Positions 41,697 to 55,365 of a stretch of DNA of 64,000 nt are shown here, in pieces (the stretch's first letter is position 1; each line of letters opens with the position of its first letter). The stretch spans positions 104,780,001-104,844,000 of the forward strand of contig OX597822.1 in assembly GCA_951406725.2 (NCBI GenBank). Reading direction: 5' to 3'. Made by a program: the position numbers and the translations under genes. The notes beneath the pieces were generated by a model that saw only the letters and a list, made by a program, of their open reading frames with translations, was not told where the DNA came from and made no database searches. This stretch comes from Octopus vulgaris (taxonomy: Eukaryota).

Positions 41697-42145
41697 TTGT
41701 ATACAGTGCTCAGGTACACCACAACTTGTCAAAAGTGCGTATAAAGCATATGCTGTAATGTACAAATGTCTGGAAAGTGAACAGTGCATGAGTCAGATAC
41801 ATGCTTGCGTGTGTATGGAGGGGAGAAAATTAGGTGTAGTGTTGGCAAATCTCAGGAAGCATGGAAGTTTTGAAGGGCGCACTGCTCCGACAGCTAACAA
41901 CTGATGCCGGCAGTTTGTTCCATATTTCAGCCACTCTTAGCGTGAAAAAATGTTTCCGAAAGTCATGGGAGCTGTGCTGTTTTCTGACTTTGTAAACATG
42001 TCCACGGGTGTCAGACAGGTGGTGTTTGAAAAGTTGCTCAGAGTTATTGTTAGTAAAATGGTTAATAATTTTATGGGTATCTGCCAAGTCACCTGCCAGC
42101 CGTTGGAGTTTCAATATATCTATGCCCAGGGAAGTGACATTCCTG
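41697..42145 (-). mobile_element. CR1/L2-group LINE 3' end
   Basis: GDLADTHKII...TRGHVYKVRKQHSSHDFRKHFFTLRVAEIWNKLP. Confidence 0.8.
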
Positions 42146-42977
42146 ACTTAATATATATATAGAGAGAGAGTGAGAGAGATAGAGAGAAAAGGAGGGAGAA
42201 AGATAAAATTAAACAGAGTGATACAATTGACACAATCCAATAATTTATTTATATGATAATTATCTTAATATAACATAATATACTCTCAATATCATATAAC
42301 ATGAGATAAAATAAGCAGTTATTAAAACAACAAAATGCCAACAATCTGTTTCGACCCAGATTGAATTATTTTCCTTAGTTTGTTTAAACATATATATATA
42401 TATATACAAACATATATTGTATATATGTATGTCTGTGTATGTGCGCGTGCGTGTGTATGTGTCTATGTGAGTGTGTGTGTTTGTATGTGAGTTACATTGA
42501 GATGTATACCCCGAAATAATAGACTCCATGCTCTAGTACGCATTATCATTGATGTATCTGGGTATCTTGCGGACTTCAGGCATTTCGTCTTCAGAACCAC
42601 TAGCCCAGTTTAATCGACCAAGGTTAAACATGTCTTACTTTGCATTCCCATAACTGTAAGCGCCAGGAATGCTCTCTTTATCCAAACATTTAGTTTTCTC
42701 CTCCCTCTGAGATGTATGGACCCCATATTTTTGATGCCCCAGTAAATGCTAACCTGGTCAGAGCTTAGAAAATTGAATATCTTTCAGTACTTTTGGTAGC
42801 CTACATCAGCTACTTTATGGCGTGATAGCAAACCTTATATATATATATTTATAGAGCTTTGTCTAAGAGTGTGTGAGGGGTTGGGAGAAAGAGAGAAGGA
42901 GAGTGTGTATGTGTGTAGGAGGGAAAGAATGACAGAGAAGCAGAAGTTTTGTGTATATGTGTGTATGTGTGTATGTA

Positions 42978-43020
<43 letters not shown>

Positions 43021-43289
43021 TCATCTTCTGTATCCTCGTGATGCTCCTTTAATTTAATAAAAATTGCAAGGAAATTTTCTTTTATCGATGAATACTTTTG
43101 GCAATACATATTTCTGTTGTAGCCATATATTAATATAATAATCATTAATGTAGTTATCTGCATAACGCTCGCGCACGCATACACACACATATATACACAT
43201 TTATATGTATATATATATATATATTTTTTTTTATTTTTTATTTTTTAATATATATATATATATGCATGTATGTATGCATATATATATAT

Positions 43290-43660
43290 ACAAAATATGG
43301 GTGTTTAGTTCACAGGTGATCTATAAAGACTTTAATCTACACAGGATTTACACAGGATCGCACCTACGGATTTCCGGACTAACATTTAGATGAACGGAAG
43401 TTGAACTGTGAAATTTTATGACAATTTTCTTCTCTTTCTTCAGTTCCTTATTCCTTTTCTCCTGTCCTCTGTGTCGTCATTTCATTAATCTATAACCTGC
43501 TCACTTTCACTTGTTGTCTCCGATGACGGAATATCCCATACTCTGGGATATCCCAGAACCCGCTGTAAGACTTTGGATTTTTTTCCAATAATAATTACTT
43601 ACATCACTTGAGATGTTTGTCTTACCTCAACGTTTGTTGTCCTCTTTAAGAATTATGCAT
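43290..43660 (+). mobile_element. Penelope-like 3' fragment with inverted terminus; hammerhead-like motif at 43516-43571
   Basis: GTCT CCGATGA CGGAATATCCCA tactc TGGGATATCCC A GAACC CGCT GTA AGAC; homologous to 29053. Confidence 0.65.
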
Positions 43661-43849
43661 GTATATATATATATATATATGTATGGATATATATATACGT
43701 ATTAATTAATAATTTTAAATTTAAATAATTAATTTTTTTTAATATTTTATATATTTTGTAAATTATATTAATTATTTTCATTTTTATGTTTTGGTTTATG
43801 TTTTTCACTGTTTGATTTGCCTAATAGTGGTTTTATCTCTAATTTAATT

Positions 43850-43890
<41 letters not shown>

Positions 43891-44052
43891 TTGTGTGTGT
43901 GTGTTTGTGTGCCTGTGTTTGTCCCTCCACCATGGGTTGACAACCGAAGCTCACGTGTTTACGTCCCCGTAACTTAGCGGTTCGGCAAAAAGTGATCCGA
44001 TAGGATAAGCACTAGGCTTACAAAGTACATGTATATATGTATATATACATCC

Positions 44053-44105
<53 letters not shown>

Positions 44106-44110
44106 TAGAG

Positions 44111-44241
<131 letters not shown>

Positions 44242-44260
44242 TAGATAGATAGATAGATAT

Positions 44261-44309
<49 letters not shown>

Positions 44310-45010
44310 AAGATATGTATATGTATATGTATGTATGTATATATATGTAAGTATGTATGTATTATGTTTATATATAACATTACACATTTGCATGACATAT
44401 AATTAAAACACATGCACACTCGTGCATATGATCACTCACCAAATTTTAATCAAAGTTGATTATTTACCGATTTCCCCGTCTGTATACATGTCAGCGCCCA
44501 TATTATTCTCATTCGGTTTTAAGATACGTACGATAGCGATCTCTGACTATTTTGATTCTATCTTCCTCACAGCTGACAACACTAATACAGCACTTGATGG
44601 TGTCGGTATAAATGTGCAAGAAAGAGAGAACCAGAAAGGTAGAGAGAGAGGGAAAGAGAAGGAGAGAAAGAGAAAGACAGAAATAGATGAATGTATATAA
44701 GAAATGTTAGATACCATCAAATTTATCCCCCTCCTCCCTTGCAGAAGTAACTAGAGACTATGTTTATTATTAAAACATTCTCGATATTGAAGTGAATGAA
44801 TATTTTATGCGTTTCAGTTATTTTGGTGTTGAGATTTCATTATCTGATCTCCTGAAATATTATTCGTGAACTATATTTCCTCTCCGCTTTATTATTATTA
44901 TTATTTTTTTTTTTTACTTTTTTTGCATTTCTTTTCTCATTTGTCGAAAGAAATAAAACGTAAGAAAGGAGAGAAAAAAAATCAAGACACTAAAACAAAA
45001 TAACAAGCAA

Positions 45011-45052
<42 letters not shown>

Positions 45053-45628
45053 AAATAGCTGAAAACATTGTATTAATTATTCAGGACTGTCAATTGTATC
45101 TGCTTCTGGTGCTGATGCGATATCTTTGAGAACTATAAAATTAGTCTGGGTGAACAAAGTCGTAAAATTGCTTGATTTGATGAAGGTGTAGATTGCTTTT
45201 CCATATCTATTTGTTCATTTCTTTTTATTGTTATAATCCTTCACCCCTCCCCCCCCCTCTTCCCCCTCCTCCCCCATTTCCCCCTCTTCCCCCTCCTCCT
45301 CCTCATCATCATCATCATTGTTATTACTATTATTGTTGTTGTTATTTTTATATTAAGACCATCTTAATTACTATTGCTCTTGGTTTTGTACTATTATTAT
45401 CATTATTATTGATATTATTGCATTTTTTTATCATGATTATTGTTATTGTTCTTGTTACTTTTCTGTATTTATTTTTACATATTATTGTTACTCTTTTTTC
45501 ATTATCATCATTATTATCATTATTATTCTAAACGTTATGATTGTCGTTATTGTTCTTAAAATTATTATTATTATTATCATCATTAAAATCATAATCCTCA
45601 TAATCATCATCATTATTATTAATATTGT

Positions 45629-45682
<54 letters not shown>

Positions 45683-46109
45683 CAACAGCAGCAGCCGCAG
45701 TGGTGGTGGTGGTGGTGGTGATGGTAGTGGTAGTAGTAAAAAAAAAGCCTTTTAATGATTATTGATATTCATCGTAAACTGCGATCAGACATACCTTGCC
45801 AGAAAACAGTTTATTGCATTGAGCTAATTATTTATATTATCATTGACACAGCATCACCTATTTCTATTTACTTGGCTGCCACCAACGAAAAACATTGGAT
45901 AAAGCTAAATTAGGCACTTGTGGAATCAATATACAAAACGCAGTCAGTCAACCTATGAGCGTAGATTCATTGTACGCTTGCGCTTGTACTGAAATTTGTA
46001 CACTTGTACTGAAATTCGTAATATACACATTTCATTTAAGATAAATTACGAACGGGAGGAAACTAGTAAATTAGATAGCACAAGAAACCTTTATATACGT
46101 ATATGAAGA

Positions 46110-46164
<55 letters not shown>

Positions 46165-46168
46165 CATC

Positions 46169-46227
<59 letters not shown>

Positions 46228-46229
46228 TC

Positions 46230-46284
<55 letters not shown>

Positions 46285-46425
46285 CATACATATATATATG
46301 TATACATATAACTGCGCTTGGTGGGGCTGCCGGTTTAGTCGCCGACGACCCGACCATGCAACGGGTTGTACTGGGTTACATGTTACCAGTAGCACTCGAA
46401 AGTGACCTGATATATATATATATAT

Positions 46426-46742
46426 ATTAATAATAAAATATTAGGGAATAAATCCAAACTTACAGGGAAAAATCAGATTTAGTTTTAAATCCAATTTTAT
46501 AGTATATTATATTATATTATATTATATTATATTAAATTAGAGATAAAACTACTATTAGGCAAATCAAACAATGAAAAACATAAGCCAATACATAAAATTA
46601 ATTTAAATTATATTATTTAAAATATATATCAAAAGTATTAAAAGTTTAATAAAAGTTTTATATACTTTTGATATATATTTAAAATAATATAAATTAAATT
46701 AATTGTATGTATTGACTTGCCTAATAGTGGTTTTATCTCTAA

Positions 46743-46750
<8 letters not shown>
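46426..46750 (-). mobile_element. Fold-back element in (TA)n, family H1
   Basis: Arms ~46531-46637 and 46662-46750; arm-only fragments at ~16875-16945 and ~43775-43850. Confidence 0.8.
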
Positions 46751-46781
<31 letters not shown>

Positions 46782-46841
46782 CATGTATATATACATACAT
46801 GTATACTTATACACACATATATACATATATATAGATATATA

Positions 46842-46882
<41 letters not shown>

Positions 46883-47082
46883 TAATAATAATGTGACAAT
46901 TAATAATAATGTGCTCGCATGCACATACATATACATACGCGCATGTACACCCACGTACATGTGCATATATGCATATACTCACTCACACTCGCGTGAAACA
47001 CACACATGCACCCCCCCCACACACACACATACATATATATATATGTATATCCTCTGTGTACTGCTTTTCATTTTATTTGATT

Positions 47083-47134
<52 letters not shown>

Positions 47135-47142
<8 letters not shown>

Positions 47143-47816
47143 ATTAGGGCTTAGTAAAATAAATTACTTTGCCACATACTGAACTTAGTAGAAAATTTTC
47201 TTAGCATTTCTACTACTTAAAGAATTAATTAATTAATTTTACCCTCAATTGTTGATATTATAATTCATTTCTCTCGGTCATACTGCCTCGGTTCTCGCGG
47301 TTAAAATATAATGTTTGCTAGATAGACCACGTGGGTGGAATGGGGAGTGCAGAAATTTACGCCTGCGCATTTTGAATTTGTTGACACTGTTAGTTGGAGT
47401 GGTTCATCTGAAGCGACAAGTTCGCTGATAGGTAAAGTTCCTTCTTTTTAGTGTTTCCAAATCCAAATTAAGAAATTTTGAGCTGACGAAAGAAATGCTG
47501 ATTTTATTTGGCTAATCTTGAAACGTTGACGTACTCAAACGATCTATGTACTTGTGATATTTTTCTGTATTTACCTCCAAACCTTCGTGAGCTGTCTGGA
47601 GTAAACATTATCTGAGAGAAATTTTCTTTAAGTAGTAGAAATGCTAACAAATTTTTTTTGGGCTGCTATTTCTACTAAGTTCAGTATGTGGCAAAGTAAT
47701 TTATTTTACTAAGCCCTAATTATATAATGTAATATTTTGAATTCGCCTTAAATGGTCCTTTTACATACTGAACACTTGGTGAAATTGATTAATTAATTAA
47801 TTTTACCCTCAATTGT

Positions 47817-47822
<6 letters not shown>
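47135..47822 (+). mobile_element. Fold-back element in (TA)n, family H2, with hammerhead and terminal direct repeat
   Basis: Arms 47135-47224 and 47624-47728; TTAATTTTACCCTCAATTGTTGATAT repeated with period 564. Confidence 0.88.
47477..47539 (+). ncRNA. Type I hammerhead ribozyme, canonical core
   Basis: TTTGAG CTGACGA AAGA...TCTT GAAAC GTTGAC GTA CTCAAA; cleavage triplet GTA at 47531-47533. Confidence 0.85.
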
Positions 47823-47869
<47 letters not shown>

Positions 47870-48060
47870 CATCCAGACACATATACAAAACCGCACACAC
47901 GTACACACACGCAGAATTATGTTCATGTACACGTCTCTTTACGCACATGCACAAAACTGCAGGCTGAAATGTAATGAACTGAAAAAATATATAAATATAT
48001 AAAGCAATAATATATATAAAATATATATATAAATATAAATACACGTACATACACACACAC

Positions 48061-48127
<67 letters not shown>

Positions 48128-48142
48128 CATAGACAGACAGAC

Positions 48143-48220
<78 letters not shown>

Positions 48221-48231
48221 GCATTTTTGCA

Positions 48232-48750
48232 ATCAAATATAATTATAGAAAACTATTCAATAGGTATAACCTAAAAATTAGTTTTAGCTCAACTACTAAT
48301 TTTAAAAATATAATTGCACACAACACACAAAAACAACAAAATGAAACCAGCTGTTCATGCTTGGATAAAAATTTGAGCTCACTAAATGGAGCTTGCATGT
48401 TCGAGACCATCATTTATGAAGCCACCCTAGACTGTACAACCCCGAAAGACATACTTTCGTCAAAGAGATATGTGGATCTCACAGAGGGGAATTTGAAAGC
48501 CAGATTGAGACACTGGGAAAAAAAAAAATAAATAAAATTATCCAGTTATATATGGTCTTTAAAAGAAAATGGTGTCAGCTATAACGTTCATTGGAAGATC
48601 TTAGCCTTACACCAACAGCAGCGGAAAATGCGGTCTTTGTGATATGGAAAGATGGCTTATCTGAAAAAGCTCCTTAGACCCCGCTACATTTTAAAATTAA
48701 ATTAAAGAACCGAACTTTTTGGGCCATGTGCACATATGGCTAAATAATTG
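48232..48750 (+). pseudogene. Degraded Penelope-like GIY-YIG endonuclease
   Basis: [14 protein letters not shown]...CSCLDKNLSSLNGACMFETIIYEATL...KRYVDLTEG...LSSYIWSLKENGVSYNVHWKIL...KCGLCDME...ELFGPCAH, with frameshifts. Confidence 0.8.
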
Positions 48751-49057
48751 TTACGTTTTTGGTCCCCACCAAGACCACAGATAGAATCTGCTTTTTATAC
48801 TGTGTCCACGTACAAGCATTTCATTTCTTATATATATATATTTATATTTTTACATATTTTTACATATATTTTGTTATATATTTTATTGCTTTATATATTT
48901 ATATATTTGTTTCTGTACATTACCTTTCACCCTGCTGCATTTTTGTGCATGTGCGTAAGGAGACGTGTATATGAACATAATTGTTCGTGTATGGCTATAT
49001 ATACGTGTGTGTGTACGTGCGTGCGAGCATATATATGTCTGTGTTTACATATGTATG

Positions 49058-49090
<33 letters not shown>

Positions 49091-49241
49091 GTGTAAGTGT
49101 GCATATGTGTGTTTCACGCGAGTGTGAGTATATGCATATATGCACATACACGCGGGTATGCGTGCGCGCAGGTGTATGTATGTACATGCGCCCATGTACA
49201 TATATATTTAACGGTCATTTTCATAGCATTTTTGCTTATCT

Positions 49242-49304
49242 TAATAACTGACGAGATGCCGGAGCAGGCTTCCGCCCCGAAATTCGAAATTCGGAGTTTT
49301 ATTA
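49242..49304 (+). ncRNA. Hammerhead motif in the 3' region of the 48.2-kb Penelope-like element
   Basis: TAATAA CTGACGA G...C GAAA TTCGGA GTT TTATTA; stem II irregular. Confidence 0.65.
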
Positions 49305-49459
49305 TGGCAACTGAATAATTGTCACATATATTATATTACATTATATTATATCATATCATATCATATATATAAACAGAGGCACATGTATGCACACACACAT
49401 TTATATATAGTATAGGCATATGAAACTTTAGTTTAAATAACATAGCTAACGTCAGTAAA

Positions 49460-49542
<83 letters not shown>

Positions 49543-49546
<4 letters not shown>

Positions 49547-49948
49547 GAAATGGATAAATGAATTATCTTGTTACGGATTATTCAAAATTTAACCGATACC
49601 TGTGAAGCAAAAATCACACCAGAAAAGACACGGTTGAGGTTACGACCATGGGGTATCGCAACCGTGCCTTAGTGCGGATAATTGAAGTTTTATATATTTA
49701 GTGAAGGGAAGAAATGGAGCCGAACGAAGATTCTACAAAATTCCTTTTTATTATTTTCTACACATGTTTCAAAGGCTGCAAATTCCCAAATTCGGATTGA
49801 ATAAGGAGACCAATCTGCAGCTTTCTCTTCAGGAAAATCCAGGAATTCAAAATCTCAAATTTGGGAATTTGCAGCCTTTGAAACATGTGTAGAAAATAAT
49901 AAAAAGGAATTTTGTAGAATCTTCGTTCGGCTCCATTTCTTCCCTTCA

Positions 49949-49951
<3 letters not shown>
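49543..49951 (-). mobile_element. Young fold-back element in (TA)n
   Basis: Apparently identical 94-bp arms 49699-49792 and 49858-49951, plus a tail of about 150 bp on the left. Confidence 0.85.
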
Positions 49952-49984
<33 letters not shown>

Positions 49985-51432
49985 ACAAGCAGTCAGACAG
50001 ATAGATAGAAGATAGATATATAATGAAACAAAATGGAGAGTTTAGAGATGTTCAACTTATCTATAGAATAGATATTTACTTGTTCATTAATGCACTATAT
50101 TTCATGATTGCATGAGGAGACTATTTCGTCAAGCAAATGCTTTTGAATAGCTGCCCGGTGGAGTTGATCAGCAATTAGAGCCATCATATCTTAGGGCGGA
50201 TTACTCGTCAGTTGTTGCGAATAGATATTTTGTTTAGTACTGTTTAACTTCAGTTGTATTTACATTTGATGTTACCACCCTCTTTCACAAGTTGACAGTA
50301 AGCCTTACATGTCACATGGCAATCTTTCAACCCTATAGTCATTTTATTTGGCGTATATTAATCGCATTAAATTCCTGTTAGCAAGATTTGTGCAGATATT
50401 CTCGGATTATATTTGCTTTCATCTCCAGTGTTATTCCGTCTAAATATGATTTATTTCTCATTTGAGGAATTACCTCCACAACCAGTATCTTATTCAGCGG
50501 TTATGACGAACGATCTGAATGTCAGCTGAATTTCACTCTATCCTCGTGCCTTAGTAATCTCCAGAATTGACCAATCTTTCAAGAGTTAAAGTGGGTGGAC
50601 CTCGATTGAAATCTATGCGAATTCCGATGAATGATTTGGAATTCGGGCCGATCATTTCTGGGCCTTTTCTAATCACACCCATTCTTGAATCACATCGTAT
50701 TTCTATCGATCTGACAATACGTATCTCCCTTCAATAAAGCCTTTATAAGAAGCGATCACAACGAAAAACATTCTGCATTGCATGTCTTGCAGTTGCGACA
50801 GAGAATACATACCTGAGATCAACTCTATTTAAAAAGGTGGGCTAAGGGAAAATCGTGGCGATGTGGAATTGAGCATTTCTGCTGCACTGATGATTTAAGG
50901 AGATTAAAACTTCAGATCCCCTGGAATATTCCAGATCCCTAGAAATGTTATAATACTTTTAATACTGAACCTCTCTTTTAAAAGTAAATACATATTGTCC
51001 TATTATTCTCTTCATGTTTGAGCATGTGCAGTGGATACAGGGGAAAATATACTCCGTTATGAAGAACGACTACCTTGAAGTTGAATTTTGCTGAATCAAT
51101 CGACAATCACCGTTCAAGCGCATTATGTTTATGACCAACAGCCACTTAACAACTTTACGAAGCGCAAGTTCACTCTCATTGGCGAACCGTACTTTGAATC
51201 GGGTTTACTCTGGCAGCGGTAAACACAAATTTTAGTATCCTGTTGTAGTAGATTCCGACCCTTTATTGTTCAACCGAAAATTTCTCCCTAACCATTTAGC
51301 TAAATTAAAATCACAACCTAGGTCACTCCTATCTGATTAGGACAGGAAACGTATTTCATTTGGAAAGCAGTTAGCCTTGAATATTAAACCAATCGTGGCT
51401 TCGTTCTTTACCTTGCTAGAAATCTTAGTTTA

Positions 51433-51830
51433 AGGTGGCTAGCTGGCAGAAACGTTAGCACGACGGGCGAAATGCTTAGCCGTATTTCGTCTGCCGCTAC
51501 GCTCTGAGTTCAAATTTCGCCGAGGTCGACTTTGCCTTTCATCCTTTCGGGGTCGGTTAAATAAGTACCAGTTACGCACTGGGGTCGATATAATCAACTT
51601 AATCCGTTTGTCTGTCCTTGTTTGTCCTCTCTGTGTTTAGCCCCTTGTGGGTAGTAAAGAAATAGGTATTTCATCTACCGCTACGTTCTGAGTTCAAATT
51701 CCGCCGAGGTCGACTTTGCCTTTCATCCTTTCGGGGTCGATTAAATAAGTACCAGTTACGCACTGGTGTCGATATAATCGACTCAATCCGTTTGTCTGTC
51801 CTTGTTTGTCCCCTCTGTGTGTAGCCCCTT
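51433..51830 (+). mobile_element. SINE group A dimer, fused to a SINE B fragment (-) at 51836-51975
   Basis: Junction AAAGAAATAG|GTATTTC at about 51665. Confidence 0.88.
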
Positions 51831-52433
51831 GTAGACGACGGTCTACCAAATCCACTCACATAGCATTGGTCAGCATGTAGGGCTATAGTAGAAGACACTT
51901 GCCAAGGGTGTGATGCAGTGATGCTAAACTAGCAACTTTTGGGTTGGGCAGCTCGCTTTTTACCAAAGAGCCACAATCTAAGAATTCTCTCCCTTTTCCC
52001 TCTTGAAAAAATATTTCATTAATGACTGATTTTTACCTCCCATTGATAATTGTCCTTCAGCGAAAAGGTCAGCACCAATTCCATTGATAGCTTTGTAACT
52101 CCATTTAAATTAATGTGACTCGAATCTTTTTCAATGGTATATTCTAGACTCCAGGTTTATTTATTGTTCTAATGTTTTGTATAGAGAAAACAGAATGTCT
52201 ACATGTCCAACCTGCTGATTTATTATGCTGGTAACTGTCTTCCACCTTTGCCTTTATATATATATAAATACATACGTGCATATTTTAGAAATGACGGTAA
52301 TATATAAGGGTATTTTACCCCACCCTCTAAGCTGTCTTCACAACTATTCTCCTGCGTTCGAAATCTCATTTCTGAAATGCCAACTCACTCGACATTTCAG
52401 TGTGTGTGTGTTCACACACACACAGACACACAG

Positions 52434-52467
<34 letters not shown>

Positions 52468-53580
52468 GCACACACAGACACACACGCACGCACACATAAC
52501 CAAATGTCTAGAGATTGATCTATCACAATCTTCACGCCATTATTATGTCTTCCGCGATATAGCCGTGATCTAAACATCTTTGTTTTATTTCTCCATGTGT
52601 AAACACCCATAAATCACTTTTTCTCTACATTAATTCCCCTGTCAGCGAAACGACGCATGTTTTCTTCCATTTTCACATATATACAAATAATAGCGACAAT
52701 TTCTATGCATCGTCTTCTTTTTCATCAATGTAGATCTCGTTATCCTCTGTTAAAGAAAGAATTGTAACACTTGTTAATATTCCGAGACGCTACTCTTACG
52801 AATAATCGATATATTTACGGGTCCCCACACTTTTAGTATATGCACGAGCTTTTCTGAACATGTTGGAAAGCAAATGATGCGCACTTGAAACTGGCGATTT
52901 ACCCGAGAGATTTAGTATATCTGAAATGGCATAAAGTAAATCCAAACGGTTAATCCATGACTTTAGGCAGTTTCTTGTAAACGTACAGCTATTAGCGGAT
53001 TATATTCCATTTACTAATTGTTTACTAGAACGCGTGAAATATTATAACCAATATCAATAACTTAAATCGTTAGGCTAAAATATAAAAAAGAAACAGAGGT
53101 AGATTTTTTTTTTATTGTGACTATAGCTATAAATTATGAAAGATAAAAGTCAAAACTAAATTTAGTATTATATTTTTCTCGCAGCTCTATATTTCTATTC
53201 TAGTTTTAGTAAATAACTATTATTATGAATTTGAGTATCTAACAGAAATTCGTTTTTCCTGTGAAGTAATTTTTTTTTTTTTTGCCTTTTCGTTACTTTT
53301 GTAGTTAGGTGTTGAAATTGCGTCAATCAAATGTAATATGGAAACACACAAACACCACACGCACACACAACACTCGCACACACACACACACATATATACG
53401 TATCATGATGTAATACTTGTTGTTAATATTCGCAAATATAGATTCATTTCAAAAATAATCATAGATCTTTAATATGTTCATTGTTTTTCGCTATTGTCAT
53501 AGATATTCCTTTATATTTCAAAAATCGCATTTGCACTGCCTAACAGCCATTGTATAAAAAGTGAATTATGCGTGCATACC

Positions 53581-53635
<55 letters not shown>

Positions 53636-53639
53636 GTCT

Positions 53640-53698
<59 letters not shown>

Positions 53699-54379
53699 CA
53701 TACATACATATATATATATATATATCTCATTTGAAACGTCTTCAACATATAAAATAGTAGGTTATGAACAAGAAGTCTCGAAAAGATCAATAGCAACAGA
53801 TAAAAACAAAAATGTCTGCTGCAGGTAAACATACGAAGCAAAATCGATGATATGAACATTTCGTTCTTAGAGTAACACAAGAATGTAATGTTGTGACAGA
53901 ACTTAACAAAAGCTGTATACAACAAATATCATCTCAAAATCAAATATAAAACAACACAATGGCTTTATCATCCTATAGCTCGAGACAGCATATATATATA
54001 TTCTATGCTTGAAACTGGTTATTTTATCGTACTATCAACGATGTTATACTTTATTGCGTAAGCCATTTTATGCCATTACAGTGTACTGTTATAGGATAAA
54101 AGCGTTTTAATACAATAATTTCAGAATTATAAGTGAATAAATACCTGAGGCAACGTTATCTATATTTGAGTCAATGTGACAAGCCTTATAACATAACAAC
54201 AACACTAGCAGCAGCAACAACAAGAACAAGAACAATAACAGTAATAATACTAGAAAATAGAGTAAAATAGAGAAAATCGAGTATGACTGTGCCGGTAAAA
54301 GAGTGCAATGGTATGTTAGCCGAGAGTGTATATTCAAAGTAGGATGAACATGATCTCGTGAATAATAATTACAAGGTTT

Positions 54380-54720
54380 TATGTGATCTTCCCATAAAGG
54401 CTGACCATGCTATTAAACTGGAAACACAAATATAACAGCAGAAGCCAAAAAGAAAAAAAAATTAAGATCATAGACTTCGTAATATCATATAATAATAGAA
54501 TGGATACAAAAAAATATAGAGAAATTTGAGAAAAAAAAAAGGACCTAGCCAGACAGATGAGATTATGTAGCACTAAGATCACAATTATTACTGTGGCAAC
54601 TGGTGCACTTGGTTTAACGTCCAAAATGCTGAAAAATATTGAAATTGAGAGTCGCATTGCCGACCTGCTAAAGCGTACAATTCTGTATTCTGCAAGATTC
54701 CTAAATAGATTCTTGAGGTT
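54380..54720 (+). mobile_element. Old RLE LINE remnant
   Basis: KIIDFVISY...ITIITVATGALG...KRTILYSARFLNRFL. Confidence 0.6.
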
Positions 54721-54825
54721 TGAAGAGATCTGTTGTCAATGAACATCAAGGAAAAATCTCTGCTTACTAAAATGATATGTAAGCGATTTAACAATGGTTT
54801 CAAATTTTTTCACAAGTACAGCTAT

Positions 54826-55365
54826 TTCAGGGGAGGGTGTAAGTCGATTATATCGACCCCACTGCTCAATTGGTAGTTAGATTTGCGGCTGTGGAAGGAT
54901 TAAAGACGAAGTCGACCTCTGCGGATTTTAAACTCAAAACGTACAGACGACGAAATGCCTATTTCCTTACTACCCACAAGGGGCTAAACATAGAGGGGAC
55001 AAACAAGGACAGGAAAAGGGATTAAGTCGATTACATCGACCCCAGTACGTTACTGGTACTTATTTAATCGACCCCGAAAGGATGAAAGGCAAAGTCGATC
55101 TCGGCGCAATTTGAACTCAGAACGTAGCGGCAGACGAAATAACTCTTTTTTTACTACCCAAAAGGCGCTAAACACAGAGAGTACAAACAGGGACACAAAA
55201 ACGGATTAAGTCGATTATATCAACACCATTACGTAACTGGTACTTAATTTATCGACCCCGAAACGATGAAAGGCAAAGTTGACCTCGGCGGAATTTGAAC
55301 TCAGAACATAGCGGCAGACGAAATACTGCTAAGTATTTCGCCCAGCATGCTAACGATTCTTCTAG
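54826..55365 (-). mobile_element. SINE group A multimer (two clear units plus one older unit)
   Basis: Junctions GAAATGC|CTATTTC (~54958) and GAAATAA|CTCTTTT (~55142). Confidence 0.8.
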
